From an uncultured delta proteobacterium (GTDB lineage Bacteria; Myxococcota_A; Polyangia; Polyangiales; JAFGIB01): a DNA stretch of 64,000 bases. Shown piece after piece: positions 9,764 to 19,004 of this stretch. How positions within the stretch are numbered: the first letter of the stretch is position 1; the number at the start of each line of letters is the position of its first letter. Where the stretch lies: assembly GCA_963778655.1 (NCBI GenBank), contig CAVZVA010000005.1, positions 480,001 through 544,000 of the forward strand, read 5' to 3'. The notes below the pieces were generated by a model. It made no database searches, was not told the origin of the DNA, and worked only from the letters and a program-made list of their open reading frames with translations. The translations under genes and the position numbers were made by a program.

Positions 9764-10486
9764 CTAGACCGCGCTCTGTCCGGCATCCACGCGCAGCACT
9801 TGGCCGGTGGTGTAGCCGCCGCGCATCAAGTACAGGTAGGCTTCTGCCACCTCGTCGGGCTCGCCGATGCGCTTGAGCGGCAGCCGCTCTCCCATACGCT
9901 TGAAGCGCTCCTCGCGCTGCTCGGCGGGAATGAAGCTCCAGACCCCGGTGCGGATCGCTCCGGGACACACCGCGTTGACGCGGATCGGAGCCAGCTCCAC
10001 CGCCAGGGCGCGGGTGAGGTGCTCGACCGCGCCCGCCATCGCGGAGCTGATCACGGCGCCCTTGCGCGGACGATGCGCGATCATGCCGTCGGTCAGCGTG
10101 ATCGAGCCTCCCTCGCGAATGCGCGCCTTGGCGTGCTTGACCGCGGTGAGCGCGCCCCAGAAGCGCACGCCGAATTGCGAGGCCGCTGCGGCGACGTCGA
10201 GGCTCTCGATTGGGCCGCCGCCGCGCAGCGACCAGTCGCCGGCGGTGAACACCAGGTGATCGAGCGCGGCCACCTGCGCGAAGAATGCCTCGACGCTGGA
10301 CTCGGCCTTCACGTCGACCACGAGCGCCTCGGCCCCGGGCAGCGTGTCCTTGACCGCGCCGACTTTGTCCGCGCTGCTCGAGCCGACGACCACCCCCGCG
10401 CCGCCGGCCATCGCCGCCTGCGCCACGGCCAGTCCGATGCCCGAGGTACCTCCGATGACCACCACGCGCTTTCCTTGCAAGCTCAC
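9764..10486 (-). CDS. Short-chain dehydrogenase/reductase (atypical)
   Basis: GGTSGIG NAD(P)-binding motif, IRVNAVCPG, TGQVLRVDAG; AAGGAGG SD before GTG. Confidence 0.9.
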   Translation of the reverse strand: MSLQGKRVVVIGGTSGIGLAVAQAAMAGGAGVVVGSSSADKVGAVKDTLPGAEALVVDVKAESSVEAFFAQVAALDHLVFTAGDWSLRGGGPIESLDVAAAASQFGVRFWGALTAVKHAKARIREGGSITLTDGMIAHRPRKGAVISSAMAGAVEHLTRALAVELAPIRVNAVCPGAIRTGVWSFIPAEQREERFKRMGERLPLKRIGEPDEVAEAYLYLMRGGYTTGQVLRVDAGQSAV

Positions 10487-10587
10487 GCCGCCACCTCCTT
10501 GTCGGCGCTCACGGTACTGCCGGAGAGCCACCGGCACCAGGGCTTCCAGCCCGGTCGCGGCAGCAGAATGGCGGCGGTACCCGGGGC

Positions 10588-12402
10588 TTACGGCCGCTGG
10601 CTGCGGCTCACCACCGTGGGAATCTGCGACTCGGGCACCGCGTCGAGGTCGCGCAGGGCCCCCTCGCGCTCGAGCTCGTCGAGCGCCGGGGTGGCGTGCG
10701 TGTTTGCGAGCGCCGCCGTGCGGGCGGAGAGCTCCGCGGCCGCGGGCCGCCGCGAAGGGTCCTTTAGCAAGCACTGCGCCACCAGCTCGGCCAAGCTCTC
10801 CGGCACAGCGGGCGCGAGCGTCCGCGCGTCGGGTGGGGCGACCGAGATATGCTCGTGGGCGAGACCACGCGCGGTCGCGCTGTCTTCGAAAGGGTACCTG
10901 CCGGTGAGCAGCTGGAACAACAGCACGCCGACCGCGTACACGTCGACCCGGTCGGTCGTGTCGCGGCTGGCCGTGACCTGCTCCGGCGCCATGTATGCAG
11001 GCGTTCCGAGAATCGTGCCGGTGTGGGTGCGGCCGGCGTCGACCGCGACGTCCTCGTACAGCTTCGAAATTCCGAAGTCGAACAGCTTTAGCCCCGGGTG
11101 CGAGGCGGTCAGCATCAAGTTACCGGGCTTGACGTCGCGATGGACGATGCCGATCGCGTGCGCGGCCGCCAGCGCATCGAACAGCGTTCCCGCCAGCCGC
11201 GCCACCACGCACGGATCCCAGCGCGAACCCCGTCGCAGGCGGCTTTCGAGCACCTCGCCGTCGACCAGCTCCTGGACCTGGAACAGCGTGCCGTCCTCGG
11301 AGACGTCGATGTGGAGCATGCGCACGATTGCCGGGTGCGTGACCGAGGCCACGGCTCTGGCCTCGCGCAGGAAGCGCTGCACGGCGTCGAGCTGCGACGA
11401 GCGCGCCTGGACCACCTTGATGGCGACACGCGCGCCGGTAGTTCGGTCGACGCCCGCATACACGATGCCCATGCCGCCCTCGCCGAGCACGCGGCCGACC
11501 TCGAAACGGCCGCCGAGCAGGGTGCCCCGCAGCAGCTTGCCTTCGCCGGTCTGCTGCCGCGCCAGCCTCGCCAGCGCCCGGGCCAGCTCGGTCGAGCGCT
11601 CGCGTACCTGCGCCTGCAGCTGGGCGTTGAGCCGGTCGACTTCTCCGGCGCGGGCGACGATCTCGGCCACTTGCTCGGCAACGCGGCGCTCCAGGCTCTG
11701 GTTGAGCTGTGCCAGCGCATGGCGCTGTTCCTCGATCGTCACGTTCTGAACGAATGCGCGGCGTCGCGAGGCATGCAGCAGCCAAATCAGGGTGATGCTA
11801 ACGGCCACGGTCGAGATACCGTTGGGCAGAATCGCCAGCCGCGCGTTGGTCGAGGCCTGCAGCGTGACGATAGCGACCACGAAGCTCGTGAGGCCGACGC
11901 CGTAGGACAACAGCGCCGCGCGCGGCGTGAGCGCCAGGGTGACGGCCAGCACCACGCAGTACGCCATGAACGGCGTGATCGCGGTGACCACGAGCTGATC
12001 GATGCCGGCGACCACGGCGCCGTGCACCAAGTACAGTGTCGCGGCCGCGGGCCCGAGCCAAGCACCGGCCGGCTTGCGTCGCGTCAGGTACATCGCAGTG
12101 CCGAGCACCACCAGCAGCACCAGGGTCGCGAAATGGGCAAACGCGATGCCGTCGCGCCATTGCTCGATGCGCGGGCGCAGCGCCGCGCGCTCGGCGCTCG
12201 AGGTGTGAAACACCCAGATGTGGACCACGTGGCCGACGAGCACCAATGGAAACAGGACCGTCAGCCGGCGCCGTGTGGTCTCGTGCAGCTCGTGCTCGAA
12301 GCGCAGCGAGAGCTCAGGCTCGAGCGGCGGACCGACCAACGCGCGCAGCCTGGCTCGCAGTAAGCCCCCAGGCGCGTCGGTGTCGGGCGAGGCCGGCGAC
12401 AT
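10588..12402 (-). CDS. Membrane-anchored Ser/Thr protein kinase (N-terminal multi-TM, C-terminal kinase)
   Basis: GEGGMG, VAIK, HRDVKPGN, DFG, GTPAYMAPE; several TM helices and a coiled coil upstream. Confidence 0.9.
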   Translation of the reverse strand: MSPASPDTDAPGGLLRARLRALVGPPLEPELSLRFEHELHETTRRRLTVLFPLVLVGHVVHIWVFHTSSAERAALRPRIEQWRDGIAFAHFATLVLLVVLGTAMYLTRRKPAGAWLGPAAATLYLVHGAVVAGIDQLVVTAITPFMAYCVVLAVTLALTPRAALLSYGVGLTSFVVAIVTLQASTNARLAILPNGISTVAVSITLIWLLHASRRRAFVQNVTIEEQRHALAQLNQSLERRVAEQVAEIVARAGEVDRLNAQLQAQVRERSTELARALARLARQQTGEGKLLRGTLLGGRFEVGRVLGEGGMGIVYAGVDRTTGARVAIKVVQARSSQLDAVQRFLREARAVASVTHPAIVRMLHIDVSEDGTLFQVQELVDGEVLESRLRRGSRWDPCVVARLAGTLFDALAAAHAIGIVHRDVKPGNLMLTASHPGLKLFDFGISKLYEDVAVDAGRTHTGTILGTPAYMAPEQVTASRDTTDRVDVYAVGVLLFQLLTGRYPFEDSATARGLAHEHISVAPPDARTLAPAVPESLAELVAQCLLKDPSRRPAAAELSARTAALANTHATPALDELEREGALRDLDAVPESQIPTVVSRSQRP

Positions 12403-12602
12403 AGTGAGAACCGATCGTATCGTACCCGGGGCTCGAACGCGCGGGGCGGCGCACTGGCTTGGGCTGCGAATCGCCCGGGTGCAGGTCGATGGTGCGGGCG
12501 TGTGCCCTGGCCTTTGACCCTTAACGCGCCGGCTGGCGCACAAAGCCAGCACGGCCCGAGCCCGGGCGGATCGGCCGGCCACGAGACGAGGAGTCAACCG
12601 CG

Positions 12603-14414
12603 GTGCATACCAGGCGCTTTCAGGGGTTGTTGCAGTCGCTCGGCATGACCTGGGTGCTCGCGCACGCGGTGGCTTGCGGAGCTGGAGCGGCCGGCGCGGG
12701 AGATGGCGCGCAGTCGACCTGCGAAGGCGGGCTGGCCTCGTGTGATGGCCTGTGCGTCGATGCTCGCAGCAGCGCGCTGCACTGCGGCGGGTGCGGCAAT
12801 GCGTGCGGCCCCGGTTTGGTCTGCTCGCTGGGCAACTGCACCAGCACCTGCGCGCCGGGGTTGCGGCAGTGCGGAAGCGAGTGCGTCGACACCAACACCT
12901 CGTCGGCCAATTGCGGCGGCTGCAACCTGGCGTGCGGCGGAAGCTGCGTGGCGGGCAGCTGCAGCGCCGGCGCGGGCGGGCCGGGCAGCGCGAACGCGGG
13001 CAATTCCGGTGGCGCCAACGGCCAGGGCGCGCAGAGCGGAGGCTCGGGTGCAGGTGGCACGTCGGACCAGGGCGGCGGCTCCGGCAATGGCGGCAACGGC
13101 GGCAGCACGGGCGGCGCGGCCGACGCGGGGACCCAGCCTGCGGGCGCGTACGGGGGCTACATCACCAGCGGCGACTGGCACGGCTTCGCCTGGACCGCGA
13201 CTTCGATGAACGGGGGCACCATCACGCCCGACAACTTCGGGGCGAGCTTCGACTTTCCGCTGTGCGCCAGCGGCAGCGTGAATATGGGGGACAGCAACGT
13301 GGCGATGGTGGGCTGGAACCTCAATCAGACCACGGTCGACGGCGATCCCGCCCTGATGGTGAGCCCGAAGCTCAAGGGCATCACCGTGGAGATCACCAAC
13401 AAGGGCGGCTCCGAGCTGCGCTTGCAGCTGCAAGGCCCCAATGGCGCGACCGACGCCAACGACCGCTGGTGTGCGATCATTCCCGGCACCGGTGGTTTCA
13501 TCCCGTATGACGCCTTCAACACCGAGTGCTGGGCCGGGGGCAACGGCACGGCCTACTCCGGCCAACCGATTGTGGCCGCGATCGTGCTGGTTCCGGGCAC
13601 GCCCTCGAGCGCGGTCTCGTTCGATTTCTGCGTCACCAAGCTGGCCGAGACCGACGAGAACGGCGTCGCGCCCAGCACGGGCTGCAGCCTGAGCACGGGC
13701 AGCGGGGAGGGCAGCGGCACCATCAGCGGAAGCGACACCCGCGCGGTGACCCGCGACGGCCACCAGTACGTGGTCCAGAACAACGTGTGGAACGGCAACG
13801 GCGCGAATCAGTCCCTGAGCGTGTCCGGTGTTTCGTTCACAGTCACCCAACAGGGCAACAGCCAGTCGACCGGCGGCCCGCCCACCGGGTTCCCGTCGGT
13901 CTTCACCGGCTCGAACTTCGGGCACGCGACCTCGGGCAGCGGGCTGCCCAAGCAGGTGAGCTCGCTGACGGGCGTGCCCACGGGTTGGAAGTGGTCCGGC
14001 TCGACCGGAACGCACAATGCCGCGTACGACGTCTGGTTCAGCACCAACCCGGGCGGCGACTCGGGCAATCCCTCCGGCGGGTACCTGATGGTCTGGTTCT
14101 ACCGCAGCGACGCCAGCAACGTGGTGCCGCTGGGCAGCCCGCAGGGAACTGCCAGCATCGGAGGCAAGAGTTGGCAGGTCTGGATCTGCAGCGGGAGCTG
14201 CCAGAACGGCGTGCCGGTGATCTCGTATACGCCGGCGACGCAGAGCGACATGATCACCGAGTGGACCTTCGACCTCAACGACTTCATCCAGCACGCGGTC
14301 AGCCAGAACGTGATCCAGAACAGCTGGTACCTGACGAACATCTTCGCGGGCTTCGAGATCTGGAACGGCGGCGTCGGGCTCAAGACCGAGAACTTCTGCG
14401 CGATCGTGAACTGA
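12603..14414 (+). CDS. Cys-rich N-terminus + uncharacterised beta domain + GH12-like glycoside hydrolase domain
   Basis: Lipobox AVAC; HCGGCGNAC repeats; C-terminal YVVQNNVW, FPSVFTG, NAAYDVWF, LMVW, AGFEIW motifs of GH12. Confidence 0.8.
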   Translation: MHTRRFQGLLQSLGMTWVLAHAVACGAGAAGAGDGAQSTCEGGLASCDGLCVDARSSALHCGGCGNACGPGLVCSLGNCTSTCAPGLRQCGSECVDTNTSSANCGGCNLACGGSCVAGSCSAGAGGPGSANAGNSGGANGQGAQSGGSGAGGTSDQGGGSGNGGNGGSTGGAADAGTQPAGAYGGYITSGDWHGFAWTATSMNGGTITPDNFGASFDFPLCASGSVNMGDSNVAMVGWNLNQTTVDGDPALMVSPKLKGITVEITNKGGSELRLQLQGPNGATDANDRWCAIIPGTGGFIPYDAFNTECWAGGNGTAYSGQPIVAAIVLVPGTPSSAVSFDFCVTKLAETDENGVAPSTGCSLSTGSGEGSGTISGSDTRAVTRDGHQYVVQNNVWNGNGANQSLSVSGVSFTVTQQGNSQSTGGPPTGFPSVFTGSNFGHATSGSGLPKQVSSLTGVPTGWKWSGSTGTHNAAYDVWFSTNPGGDSGNPSGGYLMVWFYRSDASNVVPLGSPQGTASIGGKSWQVWICSGSCQNGVPVISYTPATQSDMITEWTFDLNDFIQHAVSQNVIQNSWYLTNIFAGFEIWNGGVGLKTENFCAIVN

Positions 14415-14509
14415 GCAGCGCCTGCGGCGACGGCGACAGCGCCCGCCACAGGTCGTGCCAGTCCTGAGTCGTTCCCGTTCGGGGCGGTCCCCGCAACGCC
14501 GGCTGGGCC

Positions 14510-15799
14510 CTACGCCCAGCGGACGTCGGCGCCGAGGCTCTGCAGATTCTCGACGAAGCGCGGGTGAGCGCGCCTGATCGGATCGGCGTTGTGGATCACG
14601 CTCTCGCCCTCGATGCTCGCGGCCACCATGTAGAGCGCGACCGCGGCGCGGATGATGTAGGGCGCTTCGACCGCAGCTGGGCGCAGCGGCCGGTCGCCGA
14701 ACACGATGATGCGGTGTGGGTCGCTGACCACCACGTGCGCGCCGAACTTGCTCAGCTCCGGGATCCAGGTGAAGCCACCCTCGTAGACCTTGTTCCAGAA
14801 CTGCATCGCGCCCTTGGCGCGCACCGACAGGGCGACCATCAGCGGGAGCAGATCGACCGGAAAGTACGGCCACGGCGCGGCCTCGATCCGCGGCAAGAGG
14901 CTGGCCGTGAGCGGCTCGTGCACTGCCAGGCGCTGCGCGGCCGGCACGCGAGCCTGGCTGCCGTCGTGCTCGATCCGCACACCCAGCTTGGCGAACGCGC
15001 GGTCGAGCAGATCGAAGTGCTCGACGGGCGCGGGCTGCACCGAGACCTCGCCGCCGGTGATCGCGCCGATCGCCAGGAAGGTGGTGATCTCGTGATGGTC
15101 CGGCGACACGCTGGCCTCGGCTCCGCCCAGCGCGTCGACCCCGTGCACGGTCAGCATGCTCGAGCCGACGCCTTCGATCCGCGCGCCCATCGCCTGCAGC
15201 AGCCGGCACAGGTCCTGGACGTGCGGCTCGCTGGCGGCGTTGATGATCACCGAGCTGCCTTCGGCCAGCACCGCCGCCATCACGAAGTTCTCGGTGGTGG
15301 TGACGGACATGTAGTCCTGCCATACGCGCGCGGCGCGGAAGCGGCCGCGCAGCGAAAGCGTGAGCGGCGAGCGCTGCGAGAGCTCCGCGCCCAGGGCGCG
15401 CAGCACCTCGACGTGCGGGTCGATCTCACGAATGCCCAGACTGCAGCCTTGGGTGTCGGATGCGACCACCACGCGCCCGGCACGCCACAGCAACGCCGGC
15501 AGCAGCAGCAGCGACGAGCGCATGCGGTCGGGCAGCGGCGGCGCCTCCTGCAGCTTGCCGATGCTCGCGTGGCATACACGCATGGTCTGGCGCGCGGTGT
15601 CCCACTGGATGTCGGAGCCGAGCTCGCGCAGGTACGCGACCAGCCGGCGCAAGTCCGTGATGTCCGGTACGTTGCGCAACAGCACCGGCTCGTCGCTCAG
15701 CAGCGTCGCGCACAACATCGGCATCGCGGCGTTCTTGTTGCCCGATACCCGCACGCAGCCCGACAGCGGTCGGCCGCCCCGAAGCAGAAGATCGGCCAT
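14510..15799 (-). CDS. murA: UDP-N-acetylglucosamine 1-carboxyvinyltransferase-like (divergent MurA)
   Basis: SGNKNAA, MRSS, GCSLGIREID (Cys115/Arg120 equivalents), SVTTTEN, NAASEPHV, PYFPVD. Confidence 0.8.
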   Translation of the reverse strand: MADLLLRGGRPLSGCVRVSGNKNAAMPMLCATLLSDEPVLLRNVPDITDLRRLVAYLRELGSDIQWDTARQTMRVCHASIGKLQEAPPLPDRMRSSLLLLPALLWRAGRVVVASDTQGCSLGIREIDPHVEVLRALGAELSQRSPLTLSLRGRFRAARVWQDYMSVTTTENFVMAAVLAEGSSVIINAASEPHVQDLCRLLQAMGARIEGVGSSMLTVHGVDALGGAEASVSPDHHEITTFLAIGAITGGEVSVQPAPVEHFDLLDRAFAKLGVRIEHDGSQARVPAAQRLAVHEPLTASLLPRIEAAPWPYFPVDLLPLMVALSVRAKGAMQFWNKVYEGGFTWIPELSKFGAHVVVSDPHRIIVFGDRPLRPAAVEAPYIIRAAVALYMVAASIEGESVIHNADPIRRAHPRFVENLQSLGADVRWA

Positions 15800-15913
15800 G
15801 CCGTACAGTGGTCGCACGGCGCGGCGCGACTGTCCAATCTGCACCGGCTGGACCCGGGGGAGGGTGGTTGGATCGGCGCTTCCCCGCGTGGGCCGCAACC
15901 CCGCGCCGGGCGC

Positions 15914-16783
15914 TCAGCCCCACGCCGGCCCGAGACGGGCGGCTTCGCGGCGGCCCTGCGCGATGCCGGCTTCGATGATCGCCTCGGCGCGGCCGGCGAG
16001 CAGACCTTCGCTCAAGACCTCGAGGCTGGGCGCGTCCGGCGTGATCAGCGCCAGCGTGCCCTTGGCGGCCTCGATCACGGCGCGCTCGCGCGCCAGCACT
16101 GGGCTGGTGAGCGCGCGCGTTTCGGGCAGCACGACCGCCACCACGATCACGCGCCGGTGGCCGGCGACACAGTCGGCATTCGTCCACGAGCGCACGCCCC
16201 CGTCGATCCAGCGCGAGCCCTCGATCGCCACCGGCGGATAGATGCCAGGCACGCTGCAGCTCGCGGCCACCGCGCGCTCGATCGCGACGCCGTCCGATCC
16301 GGTCCACAGCTTGAACCTGCCGTCGTACGCGTTGACCGTGCTGCACGTAAAGCGTTTGGGCCAGGCGCCGGTCGGACCGAACATGCCGGCGAAGAGCGCG
16401 ACGAAAGCGGCTTCCGGGATGGTCTTGGACTGCAGCGCTACCCTTCCCATCTCGACCATCACGCTCGGGGAGGGCGGCGCGTCCTGGGGTAGCCGAGCCA
16501 TGAATGCCAACAGCTCATCCATGTCGGGCCCGGCCGCCGGCGACCCCTGCTTGGCCCGCTGCCGCGAGAGGGCCAGGTGCAGATCGGCCAGCGCCTGCGG
16601 TGCGATCCCGGTCGCGAGCTGAGCTCCCACGAACGCGCCCGCCGACGTGCCCAGGATGAGCTCCGCGCGCCTGACGTCGGCGCCCTCGGCCGCCAGGCCG
16701 GCAGCCAGCCCGACCTCCCACGCGATGCCCGCCGGACCTCCGCCGCCCAGCACCAGAGCTCGTTCCGCCGTCGCGTCCGCCAT
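15914..16783 (-). CDS. Patatin-like phospholipase
   Basis: LVLGGGG, GTSAG (catalytic Ser) and DGG (catalytic Asp). Confidence 0.92.
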   Translation of the reverse strand: MADATAERALVLGGGGPAGIAWEVGLAAGLAAEGADVRRAELILGTSAGAFVGAQLATGIAPQALADLHLALSRQRAKQGSPAAGPDMDELLAFMARLPQDAPPSPSVMVEMGRVALQSKTIPEAAFVALFAGMFGPTGAWPKRFTCSTVNAYDGRFKLWTGSDGVAIERAVAASCSVPGIYPPVAIEGSRWIDGGVRSWTNADCVAGHRRVIVVAVVLPETRALTSPVLARERAVIEAAKGTLALITPDAPSLEVLSEGLLAGRAEAIIEAGIAQGRREAARLGPAWG

Positions 16784-16931
16784 CGCACCAGCATACGCGG
16801 CCACGCAAACGCCGTCACCGCGTCCGCCGTGCGACGCCGCCCGGACGAGGCTGATCCTTGCGAGCGGACGCGGTGCCGTCGTGCGCGCGGTCGCCCACTC
16901 GCCGTGCTGCGCGATCTGCTACAACCCTGCG

Positions 16932-18869
16932 GTGTCGATTCTGAGCGCGCGCGGGCTGGCCAAGGCGTACGGACCACAGACCCTGTTCGCAGACGCCAGC
17001 CTCACCATCGAAGAGGGCGAGCGGGTCGGGCTGATCGGCCCCAACGGCATGGGCAAGTCGACCCTGCTGCGTGTGCTGGCCGGGATCGAGCCGGCTGACG
17101 ATGGGCTGATCGAGCGCAAGCGGGGCTCGACCGCGCTGTACCTGGCGCAGGAGCCCAAGCTGCCGCCCGCGGCCACACCGCGTGCGATCGTCGAGCAGGG
17201 TCTGTCGCAATGGCACGCGGCGCGCGCCCGTCACGCCGAGGTCACCGCCGCGATCGCAGCCGGTCAGGGCGGCGCCGAGCAGCTCGCGGAGCAGGCGCGG
17301 CTGGCCGACAGCATCGAGCGGCTCGGCGGTTGGGAGCAGGGCCACCTCGCCGAGGTGATGCTCGGACGCTTCGGCGTGCGCGAGCTCGATCGAAACGTCG
17401 GTGCCATGAGCGGGGGCGAGCAGCGGCGCGTCGCGCTCGCGCAGATCCTGATCGCGCGGCCCGAGCTGGCGATCCTCGACGAGCCCACCAATCACCTCGA
17501 CGTCGACACCATCGAGTACCTGGAGCAGTACCTGGCCGAGGACTTTCGCGGCGCAGTGTTGCTCGTGACCCACGACCGCTACGTGCTCGACGCCGTGGCC
17601 GATCGTATCTTGGAGCTCGAGAATGGCACACTGCGAGGGTTCACGGGCGGCTATTCCGAGTATCTCGAGCAGAAGGCGGAGCTGCTGGCGCACGCCTCGC
17701 GCAGCGAGCAGAACCGCCTCAATCGCTTGCGGCGCGAGCGGGCCTGGCTGTTGCGCGGCGCCAAAGCGCGCACCACCAAGCAAAAGGCGCGGATCAAGCG
17801 CGCCCGGGCGCTGATGGCGGTCGAGGCGCCGGCCGAGGCCGCGCGCGCCGAGCTCTTGGGACTTCAAGCCGGCGCGGCTCAGACCGGCAAGACGGTGCTG
17901 GAGCTGCACGACGTTCGCATGGAGCTCGCGGGGCGCGTGCTGATCGCGGGGCTCACGCTGCACCTGGTCCAGGGCGATCGCATCGGCGTGCTGGGGCCGA
18001 ACGGCGCGGGTAAGACCACGCTGCTCCGGCTGGTGGCAGGGGAGCTGCAGCCGACCGCCGGGGCGGTCAAGCTCGGCAGTCGGACCAAGCTCGCGTATTT
18101 CGATCAGGCGCGCGCGGCGCTGCGCGACGACTGGTCCGTATTCGACAACGTGGCCGAGCGGGAGGGCGCGCAGCGCGACGGTGGAGGGCAGGTCCGGATC
18201 GGCGATCTCGTGCTGGAGTTGCGCGCCTATCTGGAGCGTTTTCTGTTCGACGGCGCCAAGCAGCGCCAGAAGGTGGCCGCGCTCTCCGGTGGCGAGCGCG
18301 CGCGGGTGGCGCTGGCCAAGGCGCTGCGCGGCGGCGCCAACTTGCTGCTGCTCGACGAGCCGACCAACGATCTCGACGTGGCGACGCTCGGTGAGCTGGA
18401 GGAGCTGCTCGGTTCCTGGCCCGGGTGCGCGCTGGTGGTCTCGCACGATCGCGCTTTCCTGAACCGCGTGGCCACCTCGGTGCTCGCATTCGAAGGCGAG
18501 GGCGCGTTGGTCCGCTACCAGGGCAACTACGACACCTACCGCGCGCTGCGCGCACAGGCGCCCGGGCGGGCCGCAGCGCCCGTGCCAAAGGCGATCACCG
18601 CCACGCAGGCCGGACCGGCCGCGCCGGTCACCGGGCCGAGCGGCGCCAAGCCACTCACCTACGCGGAGCGGCTGGAGCTCGCGCGCATCGTGGACGAGAT
18701 CACCGCAGCCGAATCTGCGCTCGCGCGTCTCGAGGCCGCGCTCGCCGATCCGAGCACCTACGGTCGCGGCGCCGAGGCGCAAAAGGACGCGCAACGCGAC
18801 TATGCCGCGGCGCGCGAGGCGCTCGCGCGGCTGAGCGAGCGCTGGGAAGAGCTCGAATCGCGCCGGTAA
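16932..18869 (+). CDS. uup: ABC-F family ATPase (Uup-like)
   Basis: Two ABC domains (GPNGMGKST/SGGEQRR/LDEPTNHLD; GPNGAGKTT/LSGGERAR/LDEPTNDLD), GAKARTTKQKAR linker, C-terminal coiled coil, no TM segments. Confidence 0.9.
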   Translation: MSILSARGLAKAYGPQTLFADASLTIEEGERVGLIGPNGMGKSTLLRVLAGIEPADDGLIERKRGSTALYLAQEPKLPPAATPRAIVEQGLSQWHAARARHAEVTAAIAAGQGGAEQLAEQARLADSIERLGGWEQGHLAEVMLGRFGVRELDRNVGAMSGGEQRRVALAQILIARPELAILDEPTNHLDVDTIEYLEQYLAEDFRGAVLLVTHDRYVLDAVADRILELENGTLRGFTGGYSEYLEQKAELLAHASRSEQNRLNRLRRERAWLLRGAKARTTKQKARIKRARALMAVEAPAEAARAELLGLQAGAAQTGKTVLELHDVRMELAGRVLIAGLTLHLVQGDRIGVLGPNGAGKTTLLRLVAGELQPTAGAVKLGSRTKLAYFDQARAALRDDWSVFDNVAEREGAQRDGGGQVRIGDLVLELRAYLERFLFDGAKQRQKVAALSGGERARVALAKALRGGANLLLLDEPTNDLDVATLGELEELLGSWPGCALVVSHDRAFLNRVATSVLAFEGEGALVRYQGNYDTYRALRAQAPGRAAAPVPKAITATQAGPAAPVTGPSGAKPLTYAERLELARIVDEITAAESALARLEAALADPSTYGRGAEAQKDAQRDYAAAREALARLSERWEELESRR

Positions 18870-19004
18870 TCGGCTAGCTTCGGCGACCCGGGGAGTGGGT
18901 CTCCGCATCCAGCCGGCGTCCCGACCGCGAGAATGCCTCGATCCCCTGGTGCAAGTGCGCGTCCACCCGGGTTACCGTGTGTGCGGTTACAAGAGGAGCC
19001 TGGG

